Positions 26,652 to 40,838 are shown, counted from the stretch's first letter. The stretch: 58,368 nt of DNA from Bigelowiella natans CCMP2755 (GCA_000320545.1 ADNK01001868.1:1-58368); one strand, 5' to 3'. The notes: generated by a model from the sequence alone, not told the origin. A program made the numbers and translations.

Positions 26652-29081
26652 AAGAGAGAGAGAGGGAGAGAGAGTCTGTTATGTAATAATCTTTACGCCA
26701 CATTAGCATACGCGTCCTGGTGAAGTAATTGTCCTTCCACAAACACCCTTCCCCCGCTCCATTCAGCATCCGAGAAAGTTTTGGAGTGCCATCTGGCAAC
26801 TACGTGTCGAGTTTGTGCAGCACTCGTTTCGTCGACTTTGAGATGCACGACAACGTTCGGTCGTCTTTTATCACCACAAACGGCCTCCTGAAGGTAGATG
26901 GACATCTGTAGCGAAACAAGCGGGGGAAAATCCTTGGCAATATACCAACATGCTTTGAGCAGCTATACACGCATATCACCATCACCCTCATCGCCGTCGC
27001 CACCATCCCTCGCGCAGGTTAGGAGTATCGACTCGGAAGAGAACAAACGGATTAGGTCGGCATCGCAATCATGTTGTCGATAGCCCCCTCCTGTTTCCTG
27101 TCCATCTCAGGAGAGCTCTAATCCTCCCTTCCTTGCTCCCCCTTCCCCCCCCCTCCGCACACAGAGCGCTCCTCAGCAACTACTTTGAGCATGTCTTGCT
27201 GCATCGGAACCACACGCACCTTGAACGGATATTCGGGTTGTACCGGATCAAACAAGGTTCTTCGTGTGCCCGTCTTCAACGATAGCGAGGCCACAAAAGG
27301 GATTTGGGAGAATTTCGATTCTCCAAGCACCATCCCTCCCTTCTCTCTCTAACCTGCCCCCCCCCCCCTCATCCTTTGCCTCTTTTCGTCCTTTTCGGCG
27401 GCTTTCTTTGGCGGGAGGTTGGTTGGGAAGTTTCGCATCATATCTTGGACTAACGAACACCTCTGGTCATTCTCCATCAGGAAAACAGCATCGTTACTTC
27501 GTAGTGTCGCAATCGTTCTTCGTCTCCTCGCCGCACATCGACGCCCTCTACAACCTTTCTGGTTCCTGCCCGAGGCTCTCGAAGCTGACCCCGCAGGGAG
27601 CGAGGGCGCGGCGGAAGAATTGGCGGATGAGGAGTGGCGCGCAGGATAGGAACGGCGACGACAACGCCAGCAACGTTGATGGGAAGGCGGGGGAGCGGGC
27701 CGAGGGTTATTTAGATGATGATGCGCTCCTTCAGATGTCCGGGATCAATACGGTAGCAGACCCCGCGTGCTTGAGCGTGTGTGTATGTGTGCGTGTGTGT
27801 GTGTGTGTGTGTGCGTATTTCAATATGCATTTTGAGAACAAGCTTGGAAGTAAGAAATGTGGATATACATAGCTGCGAACGCATCAATGTTTCTGGAATA
27901 TGCGTTGCATATGCAGGAATTGCATGTATCGAATCCTGTGCGCATATCTTTCGATCATAATTCTTACCAATCTTCTTCCCAAACATTTCTCAGCTTCCTA
28001 TAAATCTCGGAGAACTTCGGAAGAGAGAGCACATGCGGGCAATTGCGGTACCACTGCATCCCCACGTTACACCACAACTTGACCATCTCGCCTACCACGA
28101 TATCTACACGCCAGTCATCTGTTAATGCAATCGAAATCGAAATGTGCGGACAGCGACTTAACACACACACACACACACACACACAAACCTCTGTTCCAGT
28201 CTCGTTTTTTCTCCTCTTTCATCTCTCTATCGCCATCTCGTCAGATCGATGTCGCGTTCTTGACCGCGAACCAGTGCTGCGGGTATAGGCTCGCAGTGGG
28301 CATCAGGTTGTGCATGAAAATCGATCGCAGCAACGTCCACCAACACCAACGGATTCAATTCCGCGACCACACACTGTATAAACGCTATGTCGCCGACAAA
28401 CCTACCTATATTTCCAGGATTATGAACGTATTGATGCCATCGGCTTCCGTGGCCGAGAAGGGGGGGGAGGGGGGAAGGATGCTGTTTTTATCCCTGATTT
28501 TGCTATTCAGCTTCTTAGCTGCTGCTGCTGCTGCTGCTATTGCACTCATATTGCTGCTTTTTACCATACTTTGCCAAATGCTAAACCGTGCAGTTATACG
28601 GCCGATGTTCAATTGACTCGATTGCAAGCCAAGATGGAGGTAGCTCGAAATGTGTGTCCCCCCCCGCCCCCTCCAGCCCTCTGAACTGCGTGCAAGAAAA
28701 ACGAGTTTTTAAATTGAGCATTTGCGGCTTCCTTGTTGTTGGTTCAAAGCAATACTAGAATTATCGCTCTATCAAACTAAAGGCCGTATTGTATAGCAGA
28801 GAACTCCTTCGCTCCTTCCGTATATTTTAGAGAAATATTTACTGCTACTAAATGCGGACACATCCCCTCTTCCTCCTTCTCCTTCTCCTCCTCCCTTGCA
28901 GAAGCTGTGTGCACCCCATGTTCCCACAGTAAAAAGCTCAATGATGATTGATATGAAAATGGGCAGAGATTCCGAGGTGTAGTTTCTCTCTTATCGGCAC
29001 AAATTGCTGCAGCTGCTCTTCTAACAACACACCCATCAACATCGAACCTTTTGCAGTGTGCATTGATTTCATGTCCGTTAT

Positions 29082-29123
<42 letters not shown>

Positions 29124-29982
29124 TACTACCATCCCCAATTGCCGACATCTCTTCTCTCACCATGTAATCAACCCGAAAATGAAAGTATCATTGCTGCAGG
29201 TGAGAGAAGATATGAATCCCCTGATGCTGGGACCACCGTCATCAAATGGATCTGTATCGCGCAGTAAGAGTAGAGGTAGGGGGCAGTAGTTTTTCGCACA
29301 AATAAAACGCAAGAATACGATCAGGAATATGAGTTAAACACCATGAAATCATGGAAAACGCGCGTTAAGTACGGCCAAAGACATGCCATTTATTGATAAT
29401 TGAGGCACACCAAAGCTTTGCTTCTGTCCTCCTCTTATAAGCTAATCCTGGAATAATCGCGAATTCTTGTGTCAGAAGAATCGGAGGTAGAGGGGGACAG
29501 GAAGCAGCAGCAGAGGAGTAACGCTGCGTTGGATCCTTCTTTGGTGAGCGGAGATTCTCTCTTCTCACATAACTACCACAAAAACATATGAAAACACTGG
29601 GAATGCCTCCCAGACAGTTATCGATGCTTTCGCAATTGTTTTGACCGTAGGCTACTTTTTGCAGCATTCTGTTAGTATGATTGCCTTTGACCTCGCCCCG
29701 CCCTGCCTCCCTCTTAAACATACTCCTTTCAATCAGCGTCTGATGCTGTTTTCACTCCCTTGCTCGCAGAAGTTTCAACGCTCCAAGTCCTCATTGCCAC
29801 CAGACCATGCGTCCCGTGGCCTCCCCGATGTAAACTTTGCATCGGCCATGGATTATACGGCGTCGCTAAGAGGATACCATGACACGTAATAATGCTTCCC
29901 AAGCTGAACCTCCCGCACGTTTATGCGTGAAACTTCAGCGTGCAAACATGCACGCACGTCATGTCTCGAAACAGCACACACA

Positions 29983-30037
<55 letters not shown>

Positions 30038-30246
30038 CCAATAATGATCGGCTTTGTTTTTGTTTCAACAGGTTGCGGTCGAATCTGCCTCCGAACTGCT
30101 ACGGTGCAGAGATAGATCCTGTGCGAAAGTACCACATCTCACTGCAGAGCGTTTTCAGCCAGACGGGCGGCTTCTATAATCGGACAGGTGTTGCAGAGGA
30201 CTATGGCGAAAAATTCACCGAGGTCGTCGATGATTTCTTCAGATAA
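23437..30246 (+). CDS. Phosphatidylinositol-phosphate kinase (PIP5K)-fold protein with degenerate catalytic motifs and a long acidic N-terminus
   Basis: Exons DFKFKTYAPRVFS..IRESFGVPSGNYVSSLCS, LLSNYFEHV...LERIFGLYRIK, RYFVVSQSFF..IDALYNLSGS, DVAFLTANQCCGYRLAVGI and AEDYGEKFTEVVDDFFR* follow the PIPKc motif order. Start codon and several exons are uncertain. Confidence 0.8.
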
Positions 30247-31248
30247 ATCGCCTAGAGAAGCGCACATGCTCAGCACCGAATCTGTGCGTGAAATAATGTT
30301 CTTATACCACAGTACAGAACACGGCTGCATTAAAAAATAGCGAAACAGAAAATTACCCGCATTCTAGGCCCCATGATGTGGAAGTAGCTTGCATATTATA
30401 TGCAATAACGCGCATGTTAAAGGTAGGATGCGTGCATTTGCCCAACAGCATCATTTGCGCAGTGACTTGCCGGCAAGTAGCAAGCCTACAAGCTTAGCAT
30501 ATAGCAAATGTTTTACCTGGTATTTATCAGTGTTATAGCTATAGTGGCCTGCGGCAATGATAGCGTTAAAACTCGCTATCTGAATACGCATAAAATCGGC
30601 CGCGCACAGGTATGAGACGGAGACTAACTAGCTAATAATGATATCATTACATTTCTTCAATAGGCGCTCCTAATGTTAGGCGTCCAAATGTGTAAAGTTA
30701 CGCTTCTAGCTCATTGCCCCTATTCTGGCCTGTTATTTATACTAGCTGCTAGCTTAATGCTCTCTAACTCTGTCGATCATTACTTCTAGGTTTCTTTCTT
30801 TAGGCACATTACACACATAGCTAGATAGCTAGCATAGTATGTATCAAGCTGTGCGACGACATGTAATAACGCGCCTACTTTATTTGTGAGAGCACGCAAA
30901 CTAGCCTTGCGTGTGCTTATACGGTTTGGTTCTGGAGGCAAATTTCACACGCATCACAGCATACATGCAAAGCAGTGTACCGTCATGTGAACAGTTGACG
31001 CCATAATTAACAGGCGACGTGCATGTGCTGCTCGTCCATAAGTCGAGGGATCGCTTTGCGTGTCCCATCATTGCGCACACGCATCTATTTCTTTGTTTGT
31101 TTTCTTACTGCTAGAATCTACTATGCGCCCATGCAACGAGAGAGGAAGCACATATTCTACGTGCGCGTGCAACTCTTAAGGAGATCATGCTGGGCGGGTG
31201 TGTACGTAATTCTCGAATTCCAATATCGAAGTCGTCATATCTCACGTT

Positions 31249-33401
31249 CTAATCTTCATCTTCTTCGTCATCCTTTGCTTTCTTTTTGCGGCTGTACTCG
31301 CTCTTCTCGACTTTAGCTGCGCAAAGTAAAGCAAACATCAGTTGGGTGTTCAATGCCCAGTGGAAGCGTGGGCAGTGAGGGTTGAATCAAGGCGCTATTG
31401 GACGGCAGGCTATAAAGCATTTGTGTGCGAGCTTCGTTTTAATCATAATTTTACAGTTGTTTTCCTCACCGAATCCGACGACTTTGTGAATGCGATCAAA
31501 GAAGAATTCCTTCCAGCCCTTCTTCACCTTATCTGGTACATCGCGATTGCGAAACTTGTCATGGACGGGCACCTCGACCTACAAATGAGGGTTTTTCAAA
31601 GATATCGTCAAATAAGTGCGTGTGTGTGTGTGTGTATGTGTGTGTGAGAGAGGCGTGGGGAGGGGATGGGGTAGTGTAGGAATAAAAAAGGTCGGAATGA
31701 ATTAAGTGAAACCTCAACAGCACGAATAGAGCAATACACTAGTAGTAATAACGAGATACTTCTCGTTACCCCCCCCCCCCCCCCCCCCTTCCTGTCACAG
31801 CAGCACAAAATGGCATCACCCTAAAACAGTTGCCCCCCAGTACCTGATTGAGCTTCGCCACAGTCACGCCATACTCGGGGGAGGAGATTTCGAGTGTAAC
31901 GGTGGAGAAATGGTCGTCTGGCCACTCTTTGAACCTCCATACTTGCACGATCTTACTGGGCGGTGACGCCTCCTGGAAGCTGCCGTGAATGGACCCGCCA
32001 AACAGCGAGAATCCCCCCCCCTCTTTCACCTCGATCTTAGCCTCCGATTGCGTGTACTTCGAGACCATGTCCTGGTCGGTGAGCGCCTTGAAGAGCAGTT
32101 CTGGCGTGCAGCGAAACCCGCGCCTAAAGTTCGCAAAGTGTGCGCAGTGAAGGCGTGGCTGTGAGTGCGGTGCTCGTAATCGTGGCGTGCTTAAGAGAAA
32201 AGGCGCCCCACATCGCTCACATGACGCACACAAACGAAACACCCTTGTGTAGATTCACAATGCGTCTGTTGATGTATTTTGTGTGGGTTGCGACAGAGAC
32301 TCGTGGGGCAGCATACTCGAGCTTGATGTTGACGAATTCCTTGCACACCACCGGGCGATACATCTTGAGGTTTTCGCGCTTGACGTTCAGCTGCTTCTTT
32401 GACTCCACAATCTACCAGTCATCAATAGAAACACACCAACGCCCATGTAAACACACGAAAGCATGCACGCGCGCCGCTGGAACGCGACACTTTCGGAAAA
32501 AAAAGTTGCAAGCCGATCAGCAGCCGGTCTATACGACAGCGATTTAGAGGGGAGAGAAGAAAATTTGGTCTACAAAGGATTTGCTCAGTCATCACCTTCA
32601 CGGGATAGCGTCCATCCTTGATCTCGGAGAGTACTTCAGCCACCTGGTCGTTGAACCTTTTTAACACGTGTAGAAGCTAGTAAGTATTTCATTGAATAAT
32701 TTGCGAGGGTCGATGCCCTCCAGCGTGGGAAAAGTCTCCCTTCGACTACACCCCACACATTTTCTTACTTAGCAGCTTTCTTCAGTCCATGGATGACAAC
32801 TTTTTGGCCGATATCATATTTATCTGGCTCCTCCAACGCGACCTCGTGTTCTTTATCGCGAAAATCGTACGCGTTTTTCCGAATCTGGAGTGTCATTGCA
32901 ACACACGTCTCAGGAACCGGCAGTACAAATGGCCGATGATCTAGGTTTTCCTGCTGTGCTTCTTTTGCATGTCGTGTGATTACCTGCGAGTAGCTAAGAT
33001 TTGTTCCACCGCCATTTTCGAACTTCTTCTGCGCAGCTTCCGCCTGTTGCGATGTGACGACGTGTTTTAAAACGAATTCTCTCACAGCGACGACCTTGCT
33101 ACCTTTTTCCTCTCCTCATCCTTTTTCACCAAGGTGCTCTCATGCAACGTCTGCGCGCGAGGCGTGAAGTCCAGCTGCTGGCCCGGCTTCAGCGGTACCG
33201 GGGCATACTGTTTCTGGAGCTCCTACGTGCGTATGTGCTGTCAGCGTGAGGTCTCATTCTTCCACAACACGTGAGATTATTCTCGTTAGAGCAGACCTTC
33301 GGCGTTGACTTGAAGAAGTAATAGTCAGACTTATCCGTCTTAGTGACGTCGGCCGTTGCACCACCTTCCTTCGGTGGAACGTCTGTCGCTGGCTCCGACA
33401 T
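31249..33401 (-). CDS. AHSA1 (Aha1 C-terminal, START/SRPBCC-like) domain protein with an atypical N-terminal half
   Basis: FRCTPELLFKALTD...GGGFSLFGGSIHG...KIVQVWRFKEWPDDHFSTVTL...|VPVHDKF...GWKEFFFDRIHKVVGF. Last exon ends ...DDEEDED*. Confidence 0.85.
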
Positions 33402-33495
33402 CGTGCTGGCTGCGGGCGGGGGAGGGAGACGGCTCTGGGTTTTTTCTCGACGGAGTTCTGGAAACGCAGTCTGGGGACGGGCAGAACGGCATCGT

Positions 33496-33512
33496 AATTC
33501 AACCTGCGACAA
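33496..33512. promoter_or_regulatory. Candidate promoter element AATTCAACCTGCGACAA
   Basis: Inverted near-copy of 9588-9604, in the 398-bp spacer between the AHSA1 and galactokinase start codons. Confidence 0.35.
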
Positions 33513-33799
33513 GGATTAACTACTTATCGCAGCCTGTGATAGCATCAGCAACTCGCCAGATCTTATTAGGAGTTCTCTCTCCTATTCTCACTCACGTCGC
33601 CGCTGCGAAATTGGCCGGAATTCTACCAAAGTCTCGGATATGGAAAGGTACGGCCGATCGACGGTGATTTATCGTAGAATTGGAGCCCTTTTTGAGAGGA
33701 CGACAGAAATATCTGACGGATAAGCTACGGGACTCGGAAGTACTACTCACGCCCGGGCGCCCATCGCGCCATCTGCTCCTTTTGTGTACCAGCCTACTG

Positions 33800-36700
33800 A
33801 TGGCATCAGACGATAATGGTGTTAGCTTTGCGAAGGGGGGTGAGGAGAAATCACTCGTTCGGAGGCTCCTGGCAATGGGATTTGACGGCGAAAATGCGAA
33901 GCGGAAAGCCGCATTAGCTGCGGAAGCCAGCAAGAGGCTGGATGCTGTGAGAGGGAAGGGAAAGGGACTTGCCCAGCAGCAAGTGTTCGTTGTTCCAGGA
34001 CGGCTTGAGGTCAGTTAGGAGTTGAATGAGACCATAGGTTTAGATTCAGGAAGAGGGAGGGACTAAAGCCAGCGAGTCATCGTAATACATGCAAACAGGT
34101 TGTGGGGAAACATACTGATTACTGCGGAGGCAGCAGCTTGCTCTGCAACACAAATCGAGGTGTCCTGCTAACCCATTCACCTCTGCTCGCCTTTGTTCCC
34201 CTATGTAAATACATGCATATGCATGAATTTTTCTGAACCGAAACAGTGAGCTATAACGTTCGTTCGATTCTCCGAAAGGGCTGATAGTCCTAGTCAGGGC
34301 TCGGGACGATAGCATCGCCAGGATATCTTCGACGGCCTTTCCGGATTCTGTGTCTTATGACCTCAAGACGAAGAAAACAGTGCCGAGGAGAAGTGCGAAC
34401 GGAAGCAATGACGGCGACGGTAGGTGAAACAGATCAGTTTACCTGGAGAGAGAGAGAATATACTGAATGTGTGATAATAAGTAAGTCTGGATGATCATAG
34501 GTGGTTCTTCTTCCAACGGTCATTGGTCTTGCTACCCTCTAACGGCGCTTCACAGATTGGCTACAAATTTTCCTTCCTCCCAGCAAGGGTCAGAATGAAG
34601 ACTAAGCAAGCAGCCTTTAAATTGTAGAAAATGGGGAGCTTAACGATTCCCCAGATGGCTGAGTTTTAGAACATGCAGGAGGCGACAACGATTCGATTTA
34701 AAGATTTGATTACTGAATATCTCCTTCTCCCTCCTTCACAATCATCCTGGATTGCAGATTTGACGTGATGATTGCTTCCGATTTGCCGAAAGCGGCTGGA
34801 ATGTCCTCGTCTTCTTGCGTGGTGTGCGCAGTCTTCCTGGCCATGGTAGTGTATAGTCGGTTGATGCTTTGGATTTGCTTCTCCATAGGATCATATCCAT
34901 TATACGATGTTAAGGAAGAGAAGGAGGAGGAGGAGGAAGAAGAAGAAGACGACGGATGAGTGCGATAAGGGGACGGGGGATGATAGATTTGAAAATATTG
35001 ATGAAATGGGAGAATGGTGTTGGCGATTATATTGGTGGTGAAGATGATTATGATAATGCTGATGATAATAGCCCTTAATGTCTTTCTTTCTCAGGAGTAC
35101 GCGAACAGCCTCAGAACAACCGAGATTTTCAAGACTAATCTTCCGCAAGAAACTGATTTTTACGAGTGAGCAGAGAAATTCATATAATGGCACGCAGCAG
35201 ATTTGACATCAGAGATTTATTCATATAATCATCGTCAAAATCATCACCATCCTTAAAAAAATAAACAGAGAACTGTCAGATTGCCACGAATTGCCATGCA
35301 AATACCAGCGACCATCATGATGATAATAACAGCGCCAACCATAAAACATCAAGGTATCTTGGCTGCATAGAGAACGGGCAGACGAAAGCGAAGCTCATCG
35401 GAAGCAAAGGTGATATGTTTCCAATTCACGATGTCCTGATTCGACATAACGAACGATACAGCTGCATGTTGAATAATGATACAAATCGCTCTCTCACAGG
35501 AGTCGGCACATTTGGTGGAAGCGAGGACCACACCGCAATAATGGCGTCCAAAAGAGCGCAGCTTTCCCTGTTCAGGTGACGAGAATGGCGAGTTGGAAGA
35601 TTGTTTACTGACTCCTGCTCAAAGCTAGAGTCCACGATCGTCATCATCAACGCCGTCGTCGTCATCATCATCGCTATATCTTCTGCTTGCAATTTGAGAG
35701 GCTGCTTCTTTCGTACGTATATATTTATGGAAAGATATCGTCCGACTGCATTTCTGGGGTCCATCGCCGTAGGCAGGGATGTGGTAGCGAGACGTATTAG
35801 CTGAGAAGAAACAATTCACTCAAGGAAGAATATTTAATAGTTGAATTCCTCGTATGTTGCTCCATAATCTGCCGCACGTTTTGATTCTCTGCGCGTTCAA
35901 AAAACTCCTCCTCACCCTCGCCCTCTTCCCCACTGTAATCATCGCAATTGTTACGGCAAAATTAATCCCTTCGTGTAGGCTATGATCGTGTCTTTTCGAT
36001 GTGTTATTGGTGAAAACCATCCTCCTGTCCGCCCCCCCCTCCTTCCTCTAGACATTTGTTATTGCGAGCTCGGGCGTGGAGGCGCACAAAACGGGAGATG
36101 CTATGGAGAAGTAAGCATCGGAGTCAAACTAATGATGAGAGGATGATGATGATTATGATCATGATGATGATGATAATGGTGGTGATGATGGTGACAAGGA
36201 AATATTCTATCTTTCTCCCTCTCTCTCGCTCTCTCTCTCCCTACATTTGTATGTGTGTGTGTGTGTGTGTATGCGGAACATGTTACACATTTTTTTTCCT
36301 GACCCCCTCTCTGCATATTGTATATTATGTTATATCATAATACACATCTGCTCATATTCTAATCTGTATTCTGCACTCTCCTCCATTCGTTCTTGCGCAA
36401 TTTCATCCCATCTTTACCCCATCGTCGTGTTCTTCGCATACAATAAATAAGGTACAATCTGTTAAGTCTCCGCGCCGCCGTTATTTGTAGCTTGCTCGGG
36501 GAATCGTGCTTAGCGAAGGTGCGTGCAGAGAGAAAGAGAGCGGGGATGGGGGAGGGTCATTTGCTAATGTCGCGTGTGCTGCGAAGGTGTGGACACGACA
36601 CGTGGAAAAGAAAGAGCAGCAGCCGTCAGAAGAGACGGCAAAGGAGGAGGAGGCGGAGGAGGAGGAAAAGCAGGAGAGCGTGAAAGATGATCTCGCTCGC

Positions 36701-37239
36701 CTCAAAGAGAAAATCTTGCACCGAATGAAAGACCGTGAGGAGGACTTCGACGAAGATACTTGCAGTATCAAATTCAAGCTTAAAGGAGGAAGCAGCAGAA
36801 GGGCCTTCTCCTTCACCGAACTGTGCAAGCGATTAGAGCATTTTGTCCGTAGCAGCGCGCGCCCAACCACTTCCTCAGCAGCACCCATCCATCTCCTTGA
36901 CAGATACATCCATGATTATTACTCGATTCGTGTCCTTTTAAGCAGCCCGTTTTTCCCAACTTTTGAGATCATTAAAGAAACCACATGCTCCATGCCTGCG
37001 CTTGTTCGCCCCCCTCCCCCCCTCTGCATGTGGTTTTGACAACTTCTCCCGTTTCTTCCTTGCCCCCATAAGGTGATGGAGAACTACGTGGTGATTCCGC
37101 GGGTGTGCAGCGCGTTCAAGCACCGCGACTACGAAGAACTAGGGAAATGGGTCGATCTATCGCAGGATTTGGCGGAGAAACTTTTAGGTAGCAATGATAG
37201 CAAAGCCGTAGTTGATGCGCGAAACTGGAGTATGTGGCG

Positions 37240-37280
<41 letters not shown>

Positions 37281-38098
37281 TGCCTTAAAATCGGTCGGAA
37301 TCATCGATAGCAACTTGATGATCCAAACACAAGGTTTCGATGTGTGTTTCTACACTGAAACGTCGCCACGTGGCAGCGCCGCTCAGGTTGTTTTATCTCC
37401 TCTTCCCACCCATCCCACCTCTCCCTCTCTTTCTCTCTCTCCCCCCCTCCCTATCCCTGTGTTACGGGCATGTAGGCAATCAAGTGGAAGCGACAGTGGC
37501 TCTCGCAAGTAACGACACACCCACGTCTCCTTTTCTCACCAGCTAAAAGTTGCCCCACGCACCGGAGATCTGAACATGCTGCATGCCTTTGTAGAGATGG
37601 CCCGTGAGACCGGCGCACATGCGGCATCAGCTTTTGGAGCAGGGTTCGGAGGAAGCGTGTGGGCGCTTGTTGACAGGGACAAAGTTGAAACGTTCGTGGT
37701 GGATTGGAAGAAGAGGTGGGTAGATGTACGCTCCCACGTTGTTTGTTTGCGCCAGTGCCTTCCTCTCTTCTTCGCGTCCTTAGAAGCCCGGTGATGCGTT
37801 CGCCCAAGGAGCGTAGTTTCTGCTTTTTCCTGCTGAAACAAACAATGTTGGCGTGTCTAGTCTCATGTGCCGCCATTTAAAACGTCGTGCATCAGTGGTT
37901 TGTGACTACCATTTTGGTAAAATTGCTCCGTCTTCTGCACGCATAGCATACACCTTTACAGTCTTGGTACGTATTCATACACACTCTTCACATAACAGCT
38001 ACAAGGCCAGATTTGGGGAGAAGCAAGCCGATGTCGCGGAATTCTTTTCATTCGATCCAGTGGACCAAGCTCAGGGAGCTTTCGCTACTACAAGCTAG
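33800..38098 (+). CDS. Galactokinase-like GHMP kinase, atypical subtype; many exons
   Basis: VPGRLE|VVGKHTDYCGG, GHMP ATP-binding motif SDLPKAAGMSSSS, GVGTFGGSEDHTAIM and C-terminal AASAFGAGFGGSVWALV. Confidence 0.9.
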
Positions 38099-38760
38099 TA
38101 AGACCATGTCGGCCGTTGCTAGATTGCTTGCAAGTAGTAAATGAAACATGCATTATTTTGTGCGATCGTTCTTAATTTGTGCAATCTAGCAAGCTCCGCC
38201 TCAAAGCGGGGTACACGGAGCGGCATGCATGGCTTGCATAGAAGTGGTAATGCTGTGCGCATGCTAGCATGTACTGACTATTAAAAATATTTAATCACTT
38301 CATTACATCCGTCTCACATGTACTAGTGTACATACTAGCCATGCTACTTTCTAGCTATGTACGTGCACAGCAAAACGAATAAATGGCGGCCTTAATTTCA
38401 AAAGAAGTTGACGGGCTTTTGCACATATTAATAACGCGCGTGCATTTTAACGTACAGTAGCTAGCTTGGCTTGCTTAGGCGATGGCGGCTTGATTGCACA
38501 TCAGCACACATCGTATCGCCGTGTTTACACATATCGTTGCAGGATGGCAACACTACATACACGACTAGATGAGCCATGAGCCAGCCGCACGCTCGCAGCG
38601 AAACGAATCTGCACAAGTGTATCGAAGATATAATTACATCCCAGGCCATTTGCGACAACGACCGCTGCGAACGGCCAAACATGCTTCCTCAAAAACAAAT
38701 GCATGGATGCGATTATGACCGCGCACGATTGTGAACGCCCGAGATGCTGCTAATCTTTCT

Positions 38761-38922
38761 TCATTCTTGAGGTTCGCCTAATTTCTGCTCAATCTCCTGG
38801 TACAACCGGACCAGATTTTGTCTCCGCTCTGCGGTACGTGTACGTGTGTGCGGGGGGAGGGGAAGGGAGGGAAGGGGGGAGTGCGGCAAATAAAGCTACT
38901 ATCGACCCTTATTTTTCTTAAA

Positions 38923-38994
<72 letters not shown>

Positions 38995-39622
38995 CATTGC
39001 ATATTCCACAGCGCATCATGTACCTGTATACGGGGATGGGTAGAAATCGGGGAAGTACTTCTGTATTGCAGAGAACACCAGCACGTGGCCTACCGGCGTG
39101 AGCGGAATCAACAGGATGATAGTACACGGCACAAGGGTGAAAAGGTCTTTCGCCGTCCTCTGCAGCATCCTAGCCTCTCGCGGCTTCAGAGTGTCGCCTT
39201 TAATGGCCCGTGCAATCAGCCATGCTGAGTACTAAGCAAGCGGCCAGGGGGGGGGGGGGGGGAGGGGGGGAGGCAGATTTGAGGGAGAAGAGAGATGTCA
39301 AGGAAACGAGGTTATTGCGTAGATATGCACATGTATGTCATGTTTGTATGCTATAATAATAGCAAAGTAAGTGTATATGTTTTCAAATGGCAGCAGCAGC
39401 AGGAGGAGGAGGAGGAGCTGTCACCACCTGTATATCGTTCCCCAGCAGTTTGGTGCCGAGACCGTAGAAGTCGATGGCCATCTGCAAGCAGCAGCAGCAT
39501 TGCTCACGGTCACTTTAGTGCGGATATGTGTCTCTCTCATGATGCGTGCTGCTCAGCAGATGATTCATGTATTCATACGGGTGTGGGGACTTGATAGCGA
39601 TCGTAGCAAAACTTTCTTTATC

Positions 39623-39673
<51 letters not shown>

Positions 39674-40636
39674 TGTGTGTGTATCTCTCCCCTCTTCCCC
39701 TTCTCCACATTATTTCGCCAACACCCGAATCGTCAGGACTCCCAAATACAACTGACCGCCGCCACCACCAAAACCAGCGAATTATTAGTACCCGTAGCTT
39801 ATACAGCGTGTCCTTGAGGAACTTGGTGAGATTGCTCAAGTCGACTTGGAGGTCGTTGAGGAGATTCGTTGGTGTTAGTCCTATCCGATCCTTCGAACCC
39901 CTTGATCTGTACCTTACCCCCCCCCCAAAATCCCACCCGAAACACAAACAACAAAAAAAGAGCAAAATCACTGGTCGAATTTCTTTAAAAAATAACACCA
40001 CGCCCCCCCCCCCCCCCCCGAAAGCAAGTGGAAATGACTTCTGACGTGTGCGTCGTTCCATCCTCTGTCTCTACTGCTAGATACAAGTGAAGGAAACAGT
40101 TGGAAGAGAGGGAGGCAGTAGCAGCACACACCTGTGATTCTAAAACTGCTAATTCGTCCTCGTCGAGAGGGTCACTGAGCTCCAACTGATGATGCCGTGT
40201 AGTGATTTGGCCAGGGACGGAGGAATGGGCAGGGGGGCGATACGAACAACAGTCATTTCATTTCATCATCGCCACCACCACATCATCATCATCATCATCG
40301 TCATCCTCGTCGTGGTCGCCTCTCGCCATCCCTTCGACTACTTCCAAACCAACGCTGTCTGCTACGACTACACTAGAGAGAAAGAGCAGGACATTTTTGA
40401 AAAACACAAATGAAACCGCACTATCATCAACAGCATGGTGATGGATACAAGCACGCAATCAGTCCTCACCGCATCCTTCCGCAGGTAGTTAGGCCCCATG
40501 CAATTTACCTAGTATGACGCACACCGCATCATCATCACACGTCTGTCACAATATGAATGATGGCATTTCAGACGACGGGATCTCGAGAGAGCACCGACGG
40601 CTTTCGTTCTGCAACAAGGCGTGTCCTTGTTTTTTC

Positions 40637-40676
<40 letters not shown>

Positions 40677-40792
40677 CATCTTCGGAGTTCTCAGTGACGC
40701 ATTAGAATGCGCGACAGAATCGTCCAGTTTTAATGCGCTTGCTTTGCGAATTATCATTTATGAATGAAGATGTGTCGCACCTTCAATCTCTT

Positions 40793-40838
<46 letters not shown>

